Both the position numbers and the translations under genes were made by a program. Positions 7,497-15,900 of a DNA stretch of 37,944 bases are shown here, in pieces. The notes beneath the pieces were generated by a model. That model made no database searches and was not told where the DNA came from. It worked only from the letters and a program-made list of their open reading frames with translations. Position 1 is the stretch's first letter; the number at the start of each line of letters is the position of its first letter. The DNA comes from a virus (lineage: Duplodnaviria > Caudoviricetes), in the IMG/VR virus record IMGVR_UViG_3300011113_000204, positions 1 through 37,944 of that record; one strand, given 5' to 3'.

Positions 7497-7728
7497 TGAT
7501 GGCCTCCTCCCTAATTCTACCGAACCGCTCGACGACGCTGGCAAGGTGGCGCTTCATGTACTTCGAGCAGTTGTCACTGCGGGACGCCCGGATACAGACG
7601 CTCATCAACTGCACCAGCGCCTCGTCGAGTGCGCTAGCGACGGTCGCGTGCCGTGCTTCGCGCTCCTCTGCGAGGATGCGCTTGGCCTGCTCCTCCCGTA
7701 ACTGAACCTCGATCGGCCAGTCGGTCAT
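7444..7728 (-). CDS. Hypothetical protein (94 aa)
   Basis: GAGGAGG RBS and ATGA overlap within the operon. Confidence 0.65.
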   Translation of the reverse strand: MTDWPIEVQLREEQAKRILAEEREARHATVASALDEALVQLMSVCIRASRSDNCSKYMKRHLASVVERFGRIREEAINGRDCFDLPPDSEEQGG

Positions 7729-8174
7729 GGTTGCCTCCTCATCCGGCGGATCGCAGCCGCCAGCAGGCGCTTGCCCACCGCCGTCTTCGCCTCAATGGGG
7801 TACCCGGCGCACGCTGCCTTCACCTCGTCAGCCGTGGCGCTCGCGATGATCTCCTCCGCGTCCATGTCCTGCTCTGCGATCTCCTCCGGCGTGAGGTCGC
7901 TGTCGTTGACCTTGGCCGCGAAGTGCTGCTGCACGGAGTTTCCGCGCATGGTCTCGCCGTACATCTCAAGGATGCGGTGGATCTTCGGCTCATTGTACTG
8001 GCCTGCGGCTTCACACCTGTGCCGCTTGATGCAGTCGTTCAGGACCCGCTGGTTCAGGTCCGCGCAACGCTCCGCGAACAGAGCAGCGGCGGCATCCGTG
8101 GCCTGCCAGTTGGTCCACAGTTCACGCATGATCGCGTAGTTCTTGCTGTATGTGATTGCGTCCGTGCTATCCAT
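7725..8174 (-). CDS. Hypothetical protein, possibly a replisome organiser or helicase-loader partner (149 aa)
   Basis: GGAGAGACAC RBS; helical, with a LNDCIKRHR...EPKIHRIL pattern reminiscent of loader/inhibitor proteins. Function is inferred only. Confidence 0.6.
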   Translation of the reverse strand: MDSTDAITYSKNYAIMRELWTNWQATDAAAALFAERCADLNQRVLNDCIKRHRCEAAGQYNEPKIHRILEMYGETMRGNSVQQHFAAKVNDSDLTPEEIAEQDMDAEEIIASATADEVKAACAGYPIEAKTAVGKRLLAAAIRRMRRQP

Positions 8175-8191
8175 GTGTCTCTCCTGTTTCG

Positions 8192-8668
8192 TTACTCGTC
8201 ACTCTCAACCAATACGATTGGGGTCCCTTCGCCCATCCATGCGCCGATGATGTTGACCTCGACCCACTCGATGGCCTCGCCCTCGCTCATGCCGTCAGCC
8301 ATGTAGTGAGCGACGAGAGCGTCGTACGAGTAGATCGCGATCGTCGGCTGGCCGCAACGCTGGCCGACACCCATGAGCGCAGAGTTCGCGCCGTCGATCA
8401 CCATCACCCCGTCGTACTCCTCGCCAAGGTCCTTGTGTTCGTCGCCCGGATCGCCGTCGTCGTCGCCCGGTCCTCGCTCCAGTTCAGACACCACGACATC
8501 CCGGTGTGCGTCGAGGTATTGCGCCGCGATAGCCTTCGCCTCATCGCGCTCGCGATGCAGACTCCGCACGAGTTCTCTCATGCGGTCGAGTTGTCCCTTG
8601 AGGTGGTCGTTCTCGATGACCAGCAGGACGTTCCGCTTGATCACGCGGTCGAGTTCACTGTCGCTCAT
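8192..8668 (-). CDS. Hypothetical protein with a coiled-coil N-terminus and a conserved phage domain (DG...A.MG...AIYSY...MSEGEAIEW..VNIIGAWMGEGTP)
   Basis: Recognisable aquatic-phage domain of unknown function; start MSDSELD at 8668. Confidence 0.75.
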   Translation of the reverse strand: MSDSELDRVIKRNVLLVIENDHLKGQLDRMRELVRSLHRERDEAKAIAAQYLDAHRDVVVSELERGPGDDDGDPGDEHKDLGEEYDGVMVIDGANSALMGVGQRCGQPTIAIYSYDALVAHYMADGMSEGEAIEWVEVNIIGAWMGEGTPIVLVESDE

Positions 8669-8810
8669 GTCGTTCCCTTTCCTTTCGCATTGCGTCCGTA
8701 CGCTTCCGAATAGCCCGTGCCTTGCGGTAGTAGACAACCGCTAGCGTCCACACCACACCATTGGCAACGAGCATTACCACGACAGCCATCTGCCACAGGA
8801 ATACTTCCAT
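8655..8810 (-). CDS. Small single-TM membrane protein (51 aa, MEVFLWQMAVVVMLVANGVVWTLAVVYYRK...)
   Basis: Manual translation; TGATG coupling; hydrophobic helix followed by a basic tail. Confidence 0.65.
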   Translation of the reverse strand: MEVFLWQMAVVVMLVANGVVWTLAVVYYRKARAIRKRTDAMRKERERHERQ

Positions 8811-9109
8811 CAGTCTGCTCCTTCCGGTCCGGCAACGTCGCCGCGCACCTCATGCTCTTCGATGTCGTTCGGAACCAAATCGAAGCAGTCCCATCCGCGC
8901 CGCTTGGCCTCGGTACGGGCGCGTCGATACATGTCATCAACGGATAGGCAGTTACCTACGGCCTCGGCTTCGCACCACATCCGCCTCGCCTCGTCACGCT
9001 CCTTCCGCAATTTCTCAATCTCATCGGCGGCAGCGGCGCACAGATACGGCTCAGGGCGATCCGCTCCACGCAACAGGGTCACGATGTCCACGATGTCGGG
9101 ATCAGTCAT
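8810..9109 (-). CDS. ERDEARR-motif small protein (Ead/Ea22-like coiled coil)
   Basis: AAADEIEKLRKERDEARR...RGWDCF; GGAGA RBS. Confidence 0.72.
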   Translation of the reverse strand: MTDPDIVDIVTLLRGADRPEPYLCAAAADEIEKLRKERDEARRMWCEAEAVGNCLSVDDMYRRARTEAKRRGWDCFDLVPNDIEEHEVRGDVAGPEGAD

Positions 9110-9395
9110 TGCTTGTCTCCTTGAAGCAGTCCCAGCCTCGCTCTTCAGCGATCTCGCGAGCAACTTCCGGAGCATTCCATTCGTCTCCCGATTCACAGAA
9201 GTCACAGACTTCCCGCCTCGCCTCGTCGCGCTCGGTCGTGAGGCGTTCGACTTCCCTCCTGTTCTCCTCCAACGCCCACCGCAGTTCTTCGATGAGTTGC
9301 GTGGCGTTCGGTGTCGCTCCGCTCAAGCCTCGCGTCTGCGCGAGGATGCGGTCGGACTTCTGTGCGAGTGTCATGGCGCAGGTGTTACTGAACAT
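9102..9395 (-). CDS. ERDEARR-motif small protein
   Basis: EVERLTTERDEARREVC...RGWDCF. Confidence 0.72.
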   Translation of the reverse strand: MFSNTCAMTLAQKSDRILAQTRGLSGATPNATQLIEELRWALEENRREVERLTTERDEARREVCDFCESGDEWNAPEVAREIAEERGWDCFKETSND

Positions 9396-9570
9396 GGCAA
9401 GTCTCCTTGTGTGTGGTGTTGTGGTTTGGTCTGCTCTTGGTTCTCCGTGCCTCCCCGATCATTGAAATGAGCAGGACGACCGCGAAGATCGGGATGAGGA
9501 TGAAGAACACATCGTCGCCCGATGCGTTGTGTCCGTACTTCGTGTTCTTGTACCTGCCGCCTACTGGCAT
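9385..9570 (-). CDS. Small single-TM membrane protein (61 aa)
   Basis: VFFILIPIFAVVLLISMI hydrophobic segment; GAGGAGGA RBS. Confidence 0.65.
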   Translation of the reverse strand: MPVGGRYKNTKYGHNASGDDVFFILIPIFAVVLLISMIGEARRTKSRPNHNTTHKETCHVQ

Positions 9571-9818
9571 GGCTTGTCCTCCTCAAACAGGTAGCCCCAT
9601 CCGAGTTTGTTCGCGGTGACCCTGCCATCGCCGCCTCGGTACGCCTCCATCAGCGAGCAATACGACTGTCGCACCTCGTCGCGCTCGGCGCGTAGCGCGT
9701 CATGCTCGGCGGTGAGGGTTGCGTTCTCCTGCCGAAGTCGCTTGATCTCCGCGATTGCCTTGTCCATCAGCGATACCGCATCGGGCGCAATCGCCGCAAT
9801 GATGTCTGTGTCCTTCAC
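9561..9818 (-). CDS. ERDE(V)R-motif small protein (85 aa)
   Basis: AEIKRLRQE...LRAERDEVRQSYC...LGWGYLF. Confidence 0.7.
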   Translation of the reverse strand: MKDTDIIAAIAPDAVSLMDKAIAEIKRLRQENATLTAEHDALRAERDEVRQSYCSLMEAYRGGDGRVTANKLGWGYLFEEDKPCQ

Positions 9819-10153
9819 TTGCCGTCCTCCTCGTCCTGAAAATCATCGGGGTAGCACATCACCATTGCATCCGTCCAATCCTCACACACCTTGCACATGC
9901 CGATGTCGGGGCGGTGGATGAAGTCGCACAGGTGATGCGGGTGCGTTGCATCGTGAGCCATGTTGTCACGCATCATGTCAACGACAGCCTTCAGGAGCCG
10001 CCGCGCCTCGTCGCGCTCAATCCGCAGTCGCTCAATCGCGTCGGCGGCAATGGTTAGGTCTAACTTGAACACCGCTGCCCACCCGCCTTCTATTGAGGCA
10101 TTTGCGTAGAGTCGCAGACGCGCCGCGAGGTCGTCGGTAGTCATGTATCTCAT
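9815..10153 (-). CDS. ERDEARR-motif protein with a Cys/His-rich C-terminus (112 aa)
   Basis: AADAIERLRIERDEARR; HHLC...MCKVC. Confidence 0.7.
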   Translation of the reverse strand: MRYMTTDDLAARLRLYANASIEGGWAAVFKLDLTIAADAIERLRIERDEARRLLKAVVDMMRDNMAHDATHPHHLCDFIHRPDIGMCKVCEDWTDAMVMCYPDDFQDEEDGK

Positions 10154-10335
10154 TCGTCATCCTTCGGATTGAACCAGTCGATGATCTCGTCGATCATGTC
10201 GTCACGATTGCAGTCGTTGCAGCGATCAACCCACTGCTTCTCGCCGTCGCGAACGTAGTCGATGATCGCTTGGCATCGCCGGCAACGAACCGGCTTCAGG
10301 TTGGCAAGATTCTTCGGGTCGTATGGGTCAAACAT
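10150..10335 (-). CDS. Small zinc-finger protein (61 aa)
   Basis: CRRC...CNDC; GGAGAGAC RBS. Confidence 0.7.
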   Translation of the reverse strand: MFDPYDPKNLANLKPVRCRRCQAIIDYVRDGEKQWVDRCNDCNRDDMIDEIIDWFNPKDDE

Positions 10336-10702
10336 TGTCTCTCCTGATTCTCTTGAGTTGTTCCTGTGGTGTCTCTTGTGCCTTGCGGCGCTGGTTCAGG
10401 CGTGTCGCAGCAGCGGACCTCCGGGTGGATACCGACTCCATCCTAACCCGCTCCTGCTCCAACCTCGGGTGGACCAACACGCCGTCCACATCCTGAAACC
10501 GACATCGCAGCACCTTCCACATCGGCTGGGTCATGTCACCAGCCACACGCTTCGCTGCCTCGTAGTCGTCTGGGATACCACCATTCGTCCACTGGTAGCA
10601 CAGCAGGCGGATGTAGCAGCCAACCTCCGCGCTGCTCATCGCCATCGTGGCGGCAATGAAGTCCGTGGTGTACATAGGAAACCACGGTGCCTTCCGGCTC
10701 AT
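10328..10702 (-). CDS. DUF1376 (YdaU)-family wHTH protein; putative replication initiator N-domain
   Basis: PWFPMYTTDFIAAT..MS..EVGCYIRLLCYQW..GGIPDD is the DUF1376 signature. Confidence 0.82.
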   Translation of the reverse strand: MSRKAPWFPMYTTDFIAATMAMSSAEVGCYIRLLCYQWTNGGIPDDYEAAKRVAGDMTQPMWKVLRCRFQDVDGVLVHPRLEQERVRMESVSTRRSAAATRLNQRRKAQETPQEQLKRIRRDNV

Positions 10703-11019
10703 AGGAGCCTCCAGATCCTGATCTCACGCGCCCGGGCGGAAGTACGGGCAGACTTGATCCGCTTGCCTGTGTCCGCCCACATGGATCCACGAAACACCGC
10801 GCCAGCCGCATTGTCGAGGGCCGACGGGTCGAGGCCAGCGGTCTCCATGTGCCGCTTGACATCGTCCATCGATACCTCGCGTGACTCACGTGCCTGCGCC
10901 AGCGCGACGGCAGTCTCGCGTGCGGTGTTCAACAGTTCAGCCCGGGGGAGGGAGGCCAGCGCGATCCCTCGATCGCGCCGGCGCTCGCCCTCGGACAGGT
11001 CCCACAGGCTGTCAGCCAC
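10699..11019 (-). CDS. Hypothetical phage protein (106 aa)
   Basis: NAAGAVFRG...W...KSARTSARAREIRIW is a recurring phage motif; coupled to its neighbours. Confidence 0.72.
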   Translation of the reverse strand: MADSLWDLSEGERRRDRGIALASLPRAELLNTARETAVALAQARESREVSMDDVKRHMETAGLDPSALDNAAGAVFRGSMWADTGKRIKSARTSARAREIRIWRLL

Positions 11020-11782
11020 GCCGCACCTCCACGATCTTCGGGAACTTGGTGGAGGTGTCGATGATCACGCCGATCGTCTTCCTGCTGGTAGCCGCCTCCT
11101 TCAGAACGGCGAACAACTCGGTGTCCCAGCAGGTCAGGCGCTGGTCGTCGGCGGTCTTGATCGCGAGGTATGGGCTGGCCGTCTTGCCCTGCGACTGCTT
11201 CTCGTCGCAGAACCGGATGTCGATCCACACCCACTCGCCGTCATCCTGCGTGGCGGCAGGAGCCGGGGCTGGCGCAGGAGCCTGCTGGGCAGGGGCCTGC
11301 GGTGCTGGGGCCTGCTGGACCGGGCGCTGTGGCGCCGGGGCCTGCTGCTGGACGGGGCGGCTGAACTGCTGGGCCATGCGCTGCGGAGCCACCGCAGCCT
11401 CGCCGTCGTCGTCCGACTCTTCCCCGACAATGCCGACCGCCGCAGCAATCGTGTACCTGCGGAGGTACGAGCAGATCGATCCGAACTGCTGGATCGTGCA
11501 GCGTTCCGGGCGACCCTCGCTGGCGCTGTCCTCCATCCACTCGCCGCTCTTGTGCGAGATGCGGGTGGTGCAGGTGATCGACGTGTTGTCGCTGCTGATG
11601 AACTGCGTCAGCACCAGACCGTTCTTGGAGAACGGGTCACGGATGACATCGAGGTGCGCCCCCAACGTCGCGTACTTCGACTTGAAGTGCGGGTTGACCT
11701 TGTCGAAGGCCGGGTTCACGATTGTCTTCTGCGCCTCCGCCAGCGCAGCGACCAATTGTCCGATGTGTTCTGAAGTCTTCAT
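11012..11782 (-). CDS. erf: ERF-family single-strand annealing protein with a Q/P/A linker and an extra C-terminal domain
   Basis: NPHFKSKYATL...HKSGEW...QQFGSICSYLRRYTIAAAVGIVGE.SDDDG is the ERF signature. Confidence 0.9.
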   Translation of the reverse strand: MKTSEHIGQLVAALAEAQKTIVNPAFDKVNPHFKSKYATLGAHLDVIRDPFSKNGLVLTQFISSDNTSITCTTRISHKSGEWMEDSASEGRPERCTIQQFGSICSYLRRYTIAAAVGIVGEESDDDGEAAVAPQRMAQQFSRPVQQQAPAPQRPVQQAPAPQAPAQQAPAPAPAPAATQDDGEWVWIDIRFCDEKQSQGKTASPYLAIKTADDQRLTCWDTELFAVLKEAATSRKTIGVIIDTSTKFPKIVEVRRG

Positions 11783-11797
11783 GTGATCAGGTTCCTT

Positions 11798-12604
11798 TCA
11801 GGCTTCGTCTTCAAGGCCAGCCTTGGCCCAAGAGGGGAGAGAGATGGTGTGGCGTCCCCAAGTACGCGCCACATCGACGACCAGCGACTGCTTGTACTCC
11901 TCGATCAGGTCGTCGATCTGACGATCGAAGAGTTCGATCACCGTCGGGTCGAGGTCGTACACCCCGACGACGTGCGGTGCTTCCTTCTCCACTGCAACGA
12001 ACACGAACTTGGATGGTGACAGGCCGGCGGCACGAGCCATCCGCATGTAGAACGCTGCCTGCAACCCGTAGCCCCAGTTCCACACGGTCTTCTGGAACTC
12101 GCGTGGCGAGGCCACCGACGACGTGGACTTCACGTCGATGATCTCTCCGGCGTTGAACCAGTCGAGCCGGCTCTTGACGTCCACGCCGTTCATGCTGCCG
12201 AAGATGCTGATCTCCGGCTGGCCCTTGCTGAACAGGCCAGTCGATTGAGCGGCCTGTGCCATTCCGTGCGCGTCATCCCACTCCTCGTGTGTCACAACGG
12301 TCTTGCTGCTATTCGCAGCGATGAACCGCTCCCACTCTTCCTTGCCGGCGTTGGTCCGACGGTTGATGTCGGGAGCGATGGTGAAGTTCGCCTTGACGAG
12401 ACCGGGCGTCAGCACCATGCAGTGAAGAAGACGTCCGACGCGGAGCGCGGCAGTCTCTTCCTGTGGGTGACGACGCTGGTGCTGGAGGTGCGCTGCCGAC
12501 TTCGTCAGCAGTGTGCGGAGTTGCGATGCGCTGCAACCACCGCGTTGGTGGTAGTCCGCTTCCGGGATGTCGTGATGAATCTCAAACGCTTGGAGTGCTT
12601 GCAT
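11798..12604 (-). CDS. Exonuclease VIII / RecE-like PD-(D/E)xK nuclease (DUF3799)
   Basis: YH...SASQLR...GRLLHCMVL...KSRLDW...IIDVKST...YGLQAAFY...FVAVEKEAP. Confidence 0.88.
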   Translation of the reverse strand: MQALQAFEIHHDIPEADYHQRGGCSASQLRTLLTKSAAHLQHQRRHPQEETAALRVGRLLHCMVLTPGLVKANFTIAPDINRRTNAGKEEWERFIAANSSKTVVTHEEWDDAHGMAQAAQSTGLFSKGQPEISIFGSMNGVDVKSRLDWFNAGEIIDVKSTSSVASPREFQKTVWNWGYGLQAAFYMRMARAAGLSPSKFVFVAVEKEAPHVVGVYDLDPTVIELFDRQIDDLIEEYKQSLVVDVARTWGRHTISLPSWAKAGLEDEA

Positions 12605-12845
12605 TAGTCTTTCCTTCGAGTTGTTCGTCGATCTCACTGATCGCGATCTTGGTGTTGCCCAGCCGGATGTACCCGATATCGCTCAGGTTTTCCGGCAACT
12701 TGTGCGCGTGGTGTTCGATGATGAAGTGGAAGATCAGGGTCTTCGTCCATCCCGTTCCACGCTGAATGCGGTCCAACACGTCCCAGTCCTTCTTGCGAAT
12801 GGTGATCGTCTTGTACCGCTCGTTGCGCGGTAGTTTCTTTGCCAT
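12582..12845 (-). CDS. Putative ribbon-helix-helix DNA-binding regulator (87 aa)
   Basis: Beta strand KTITIR followed by two helices (KKDWDVLDRIQRGTG / KTLIFHFIIE); first gene after the promoter. Confidence 0.6.
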   Translation of the reverse strand: MAKKLPRNERYKTITIRKKDWDVLDRIQRGTGWTKTLIFHFIIEHHAHKLPENLSDIGYIRLGNTKIAISEIDEQLEGKTNASTPSV

Positions 12846-12865
12846 GCAGTATTTCCTAGTGCGAG

Positions 12866-12884
12866 TGACTGCACGATGCAGTCA
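12866..12884. promoter_or_regulatory. Palindromic operator-like site TGACTGCA-CGA-TGCAGTCA
   Basis: Perfect 8-bp inverted repeat just downstream of the promoter; contains the TGCAGT motif seen at the early promoter. Confidence 0.6.
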
Positions 12885-12893
12885 TGTGCAGGA

Positions 12894-12922
12894 ACTCTAG
12901 TGTTCAGACCGGGGCCTGTCAA
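12894..12922 (-). promoter_or_regulatory. Sigma70-type promoter TTGACA-N17-TAGAGT for the replication/recombination operon
   Basis: -35 at 12922-12917 and -10 at 12899-12894 on the - strand. Confidence 0.75.
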
Positions 12923-12945
12923 GCCCCGGGATTCCTAGCGGAATC

Positions 12946-15900
12946 TCACTCTGCCGTCTGCAACTTGTTGAGCCGGACCTGCTGCTGCGCCGCCTTGAGC
13001 CTGCGCTCCTCGTCATCCGTCAGGCCGCTGCCGCGCTTCTTCGCCAGCAGTGCATCGCGGATCTTCTCCGGGGTCGGCGTGACCCGTGCGATGTCGCGAC
13101 GGATCGACTCGATCGGAGTCGTGACAGGAATGCCGGCAAGCGTTGCGACATCTCCAGCCATCGCGGTGTACTCGCCGGCTGCGAAGTTCCGCAGCACCTC
13201 GTTCGCGACCTGCAACGGCATGATCTGAATGCCAGCGTCCGGTGCATATCCATCTTGATATGCACGGTACGCCTGATACACGTCATTCAGGATCAGCCCA
13301 CCGTAGCCGAAGGCGCTGCCAACGAGGTCGCCGGCGGCACGCTCCATCGCACGCTGAGCCTGCTGGTTCACGATCGCCTGCTTGAGCAACTTGTCGTCCT
13401 CGTCGTCGCTCGCCCACAAGCCAGTCGCGAGGCCGGCCAGACCGACCGACAGCGGGTTGGCAGCAGCCGACCACAGGATGTTCGCCGTGATGCCGAACGC
13501 CGTGCCGGCGCGAGCGTCCGGGTTGGCGACCGCACGTCGGGCCTGATTGAACGCCTTCAGCGGATCGCTGGAGAACGGGAACAGCAGGCGACCGTAGCCC
13601 TTGTTGAACTTCTGCTCCGCCGCGAACACGGTGTCGTCCATCGGATCGCTGACGTTCTGCGTCCGACGGAACGCACGCTCGGCCAGAGCGATCGCAGCAA
13701 GGTGAGCGTCCTGCTCGGCCATCGCCGGGTCGGTGCGCGACAGGCTCTGACGCGCACTCATGTACCCGGCCAGCATGACCTGACGGTCGATCCCACGAAG
13801 CGCCCAATCGAACGAACGCAGGATCGTGATGACGTTGGAGCGACCAGCATTGAGGTCCTCCAACATCGATCGGAAGTTCGCCTGCGTGGCCTCATCGACA
13901 GCCGAACGCAGGTTCGACCCGACAGCACGCAGCATGACCATCATGCGTTCACGATTCTGTCGAGGGTCTCCGATGATACCCGCGAACAGACCGACCTGCG
14001 ACCGGCGGTGGCGGTCGAAGAAGTACCCGCTGTCCTGCTCGATACGGTCGATCAGGTCGCTGCGCTGCGCCGGCGTCAGGGCGATCGACGACCTGCTGCC
14101 GCTCGCCCAGTCACTCATGTCGAACTCGCTCGCCAGACGGAAGATGCCGCCCAACTGGCGGAACCATGTCTTCGGGTTGATCAGCAGGAGGGCGCCGCTG
14201 ACGTTGCTGTTCAGGCTGTCGATGAAGTCGCCAGTCGGACGACCGCTCAGGCCAACCCCGTTCATCAGCAACTTCCGCATCTGGTCGTTGCTCTTGGCGC
14301 CCAGCCGGCTTTCCATCGCGCTCTTGACGTTCGCGTCACGCATGACCGTGATGCCGAAACGCAGCGGATCGCTCAGGTGGATCAGGCGCAGGCCCTGATC
14401 GACATGACCGTCGATCGTGCGGACGAGGTCATCAACCACCAGCGGCGCACGAGACGCGACACGCTGGCGGGTGAAGCCGGCATTGTCCAGCATCGTCATA
14501 ATGACGTTGCCCGGGGTGGCGTTGACATCCACCGTGTCGCCACTGATCGAGTCGCCAAGACGTCGGCGCGGGTAGTAGCCGGTAATCGCCTCGGGCATAC
14601 GACCGAACTGGGCGTAGTGGACATCGAATGCACGCTGACGAATGTCGGCGTCGATCATCGCCTTCAGACCGTCGATGAGCGCGATCTGCCCCTGCGACAG
14701 GCGTGCGCGGATCGCCTCGACCTCCTGCCTCGTGACGCGAACCGGCATCTTGCCGCCGTCGCGCAGGAACGTGATCGGGCTACCGGCAAACTCTGGATCG
14801 TTCTCGTCGAACAGCAGAGCCAGTGTGTCGTCGTCCATCGCTGCCAGCGACATGGCCTCACCGCTCGTGATGCGGCGAGACTGACCACCAAGCATGACGT
14901 CCATGACGTCGGTTGCCGCTACACCGCCCATGCCGGCGGCGCGTTGGGCGTAGTCATCGACGCTGCTGTATCCGGCCTGCTGCAAGAGTCCGTCCATCGT
15001 CTGGTCGATGCGACGGCGATCGAGGTTCATCGCGTTCTTGCCGGCGGCGAGACGTGCGATCATCTCGTGGATAGGACCGTCGATCGCACCATCGATGATC
15101 TCCGCCAGCGTGTGGATGTCGCTGTTGGCAGCGAAGAACTTGCCGACGAAACCAGCCGTGCGGCCAGTACTCCAGAGTCGCGAGTCCGGCAACTCGTCGA
15201 GCCTTTCGATGTTCTGCGCCAGAACCTCGGCAGCGTCAGACCGTTCCTGATGGCGCTCTGCTCGGCCATCACGCCAAGCCTCGCGGTCCTGCTCGTACAG
15301 GTCGCGAGCCTCCTCAAGCAACTGACGGGCAGCGCCAATGCGCTGGACCATGTCGGCCATGTCCGTGTATCCCATCAGGCGATCACCGCCAAGCATCGCC
15401 ATTCCAGACTGGATCAGCGGCATGGCCTGATCGCGGGTGTCATTCCGAATACCGCGACGCGAGGTGAACTGCTGCTGCAATGCACGCAGACGGTTGAACG
15501 TGACACGGGCCTCGTTGCGCGTCATGTCGCGGACCACGGAGTCTGCGACCTTCAGGACGCCAGCCGCGCTGCTCAACTCAGCAATGCGAGGCAGATATTT
15601 CGATCGAGTCTGCGGCGGCAGCAGGTTGATCAGTTCGATCGCCTCGCGCTTCAGGCGCGAAAGGTCCCGCTTCGCCTGACGATAGCCCTCGCCGCTCGCG
15701 GTCTGGGCCTCGCGCATCATCTCGCGCAGGGCGCGGCGGCTGAAGTCCTCCATCCGCTCGCCCTCCCGACGCTGGCGTCGGCGGATCTCGGCGGACAGAC
15801 GGGCCAGTCGAGCCTGCATACGTCCGGCCAGAGCGGCACGCTTGGCACGCTCGCGGACGCGCTGCTCGCGCTTCTGCTCCTTGGCGCGACGTCGAGTCTC

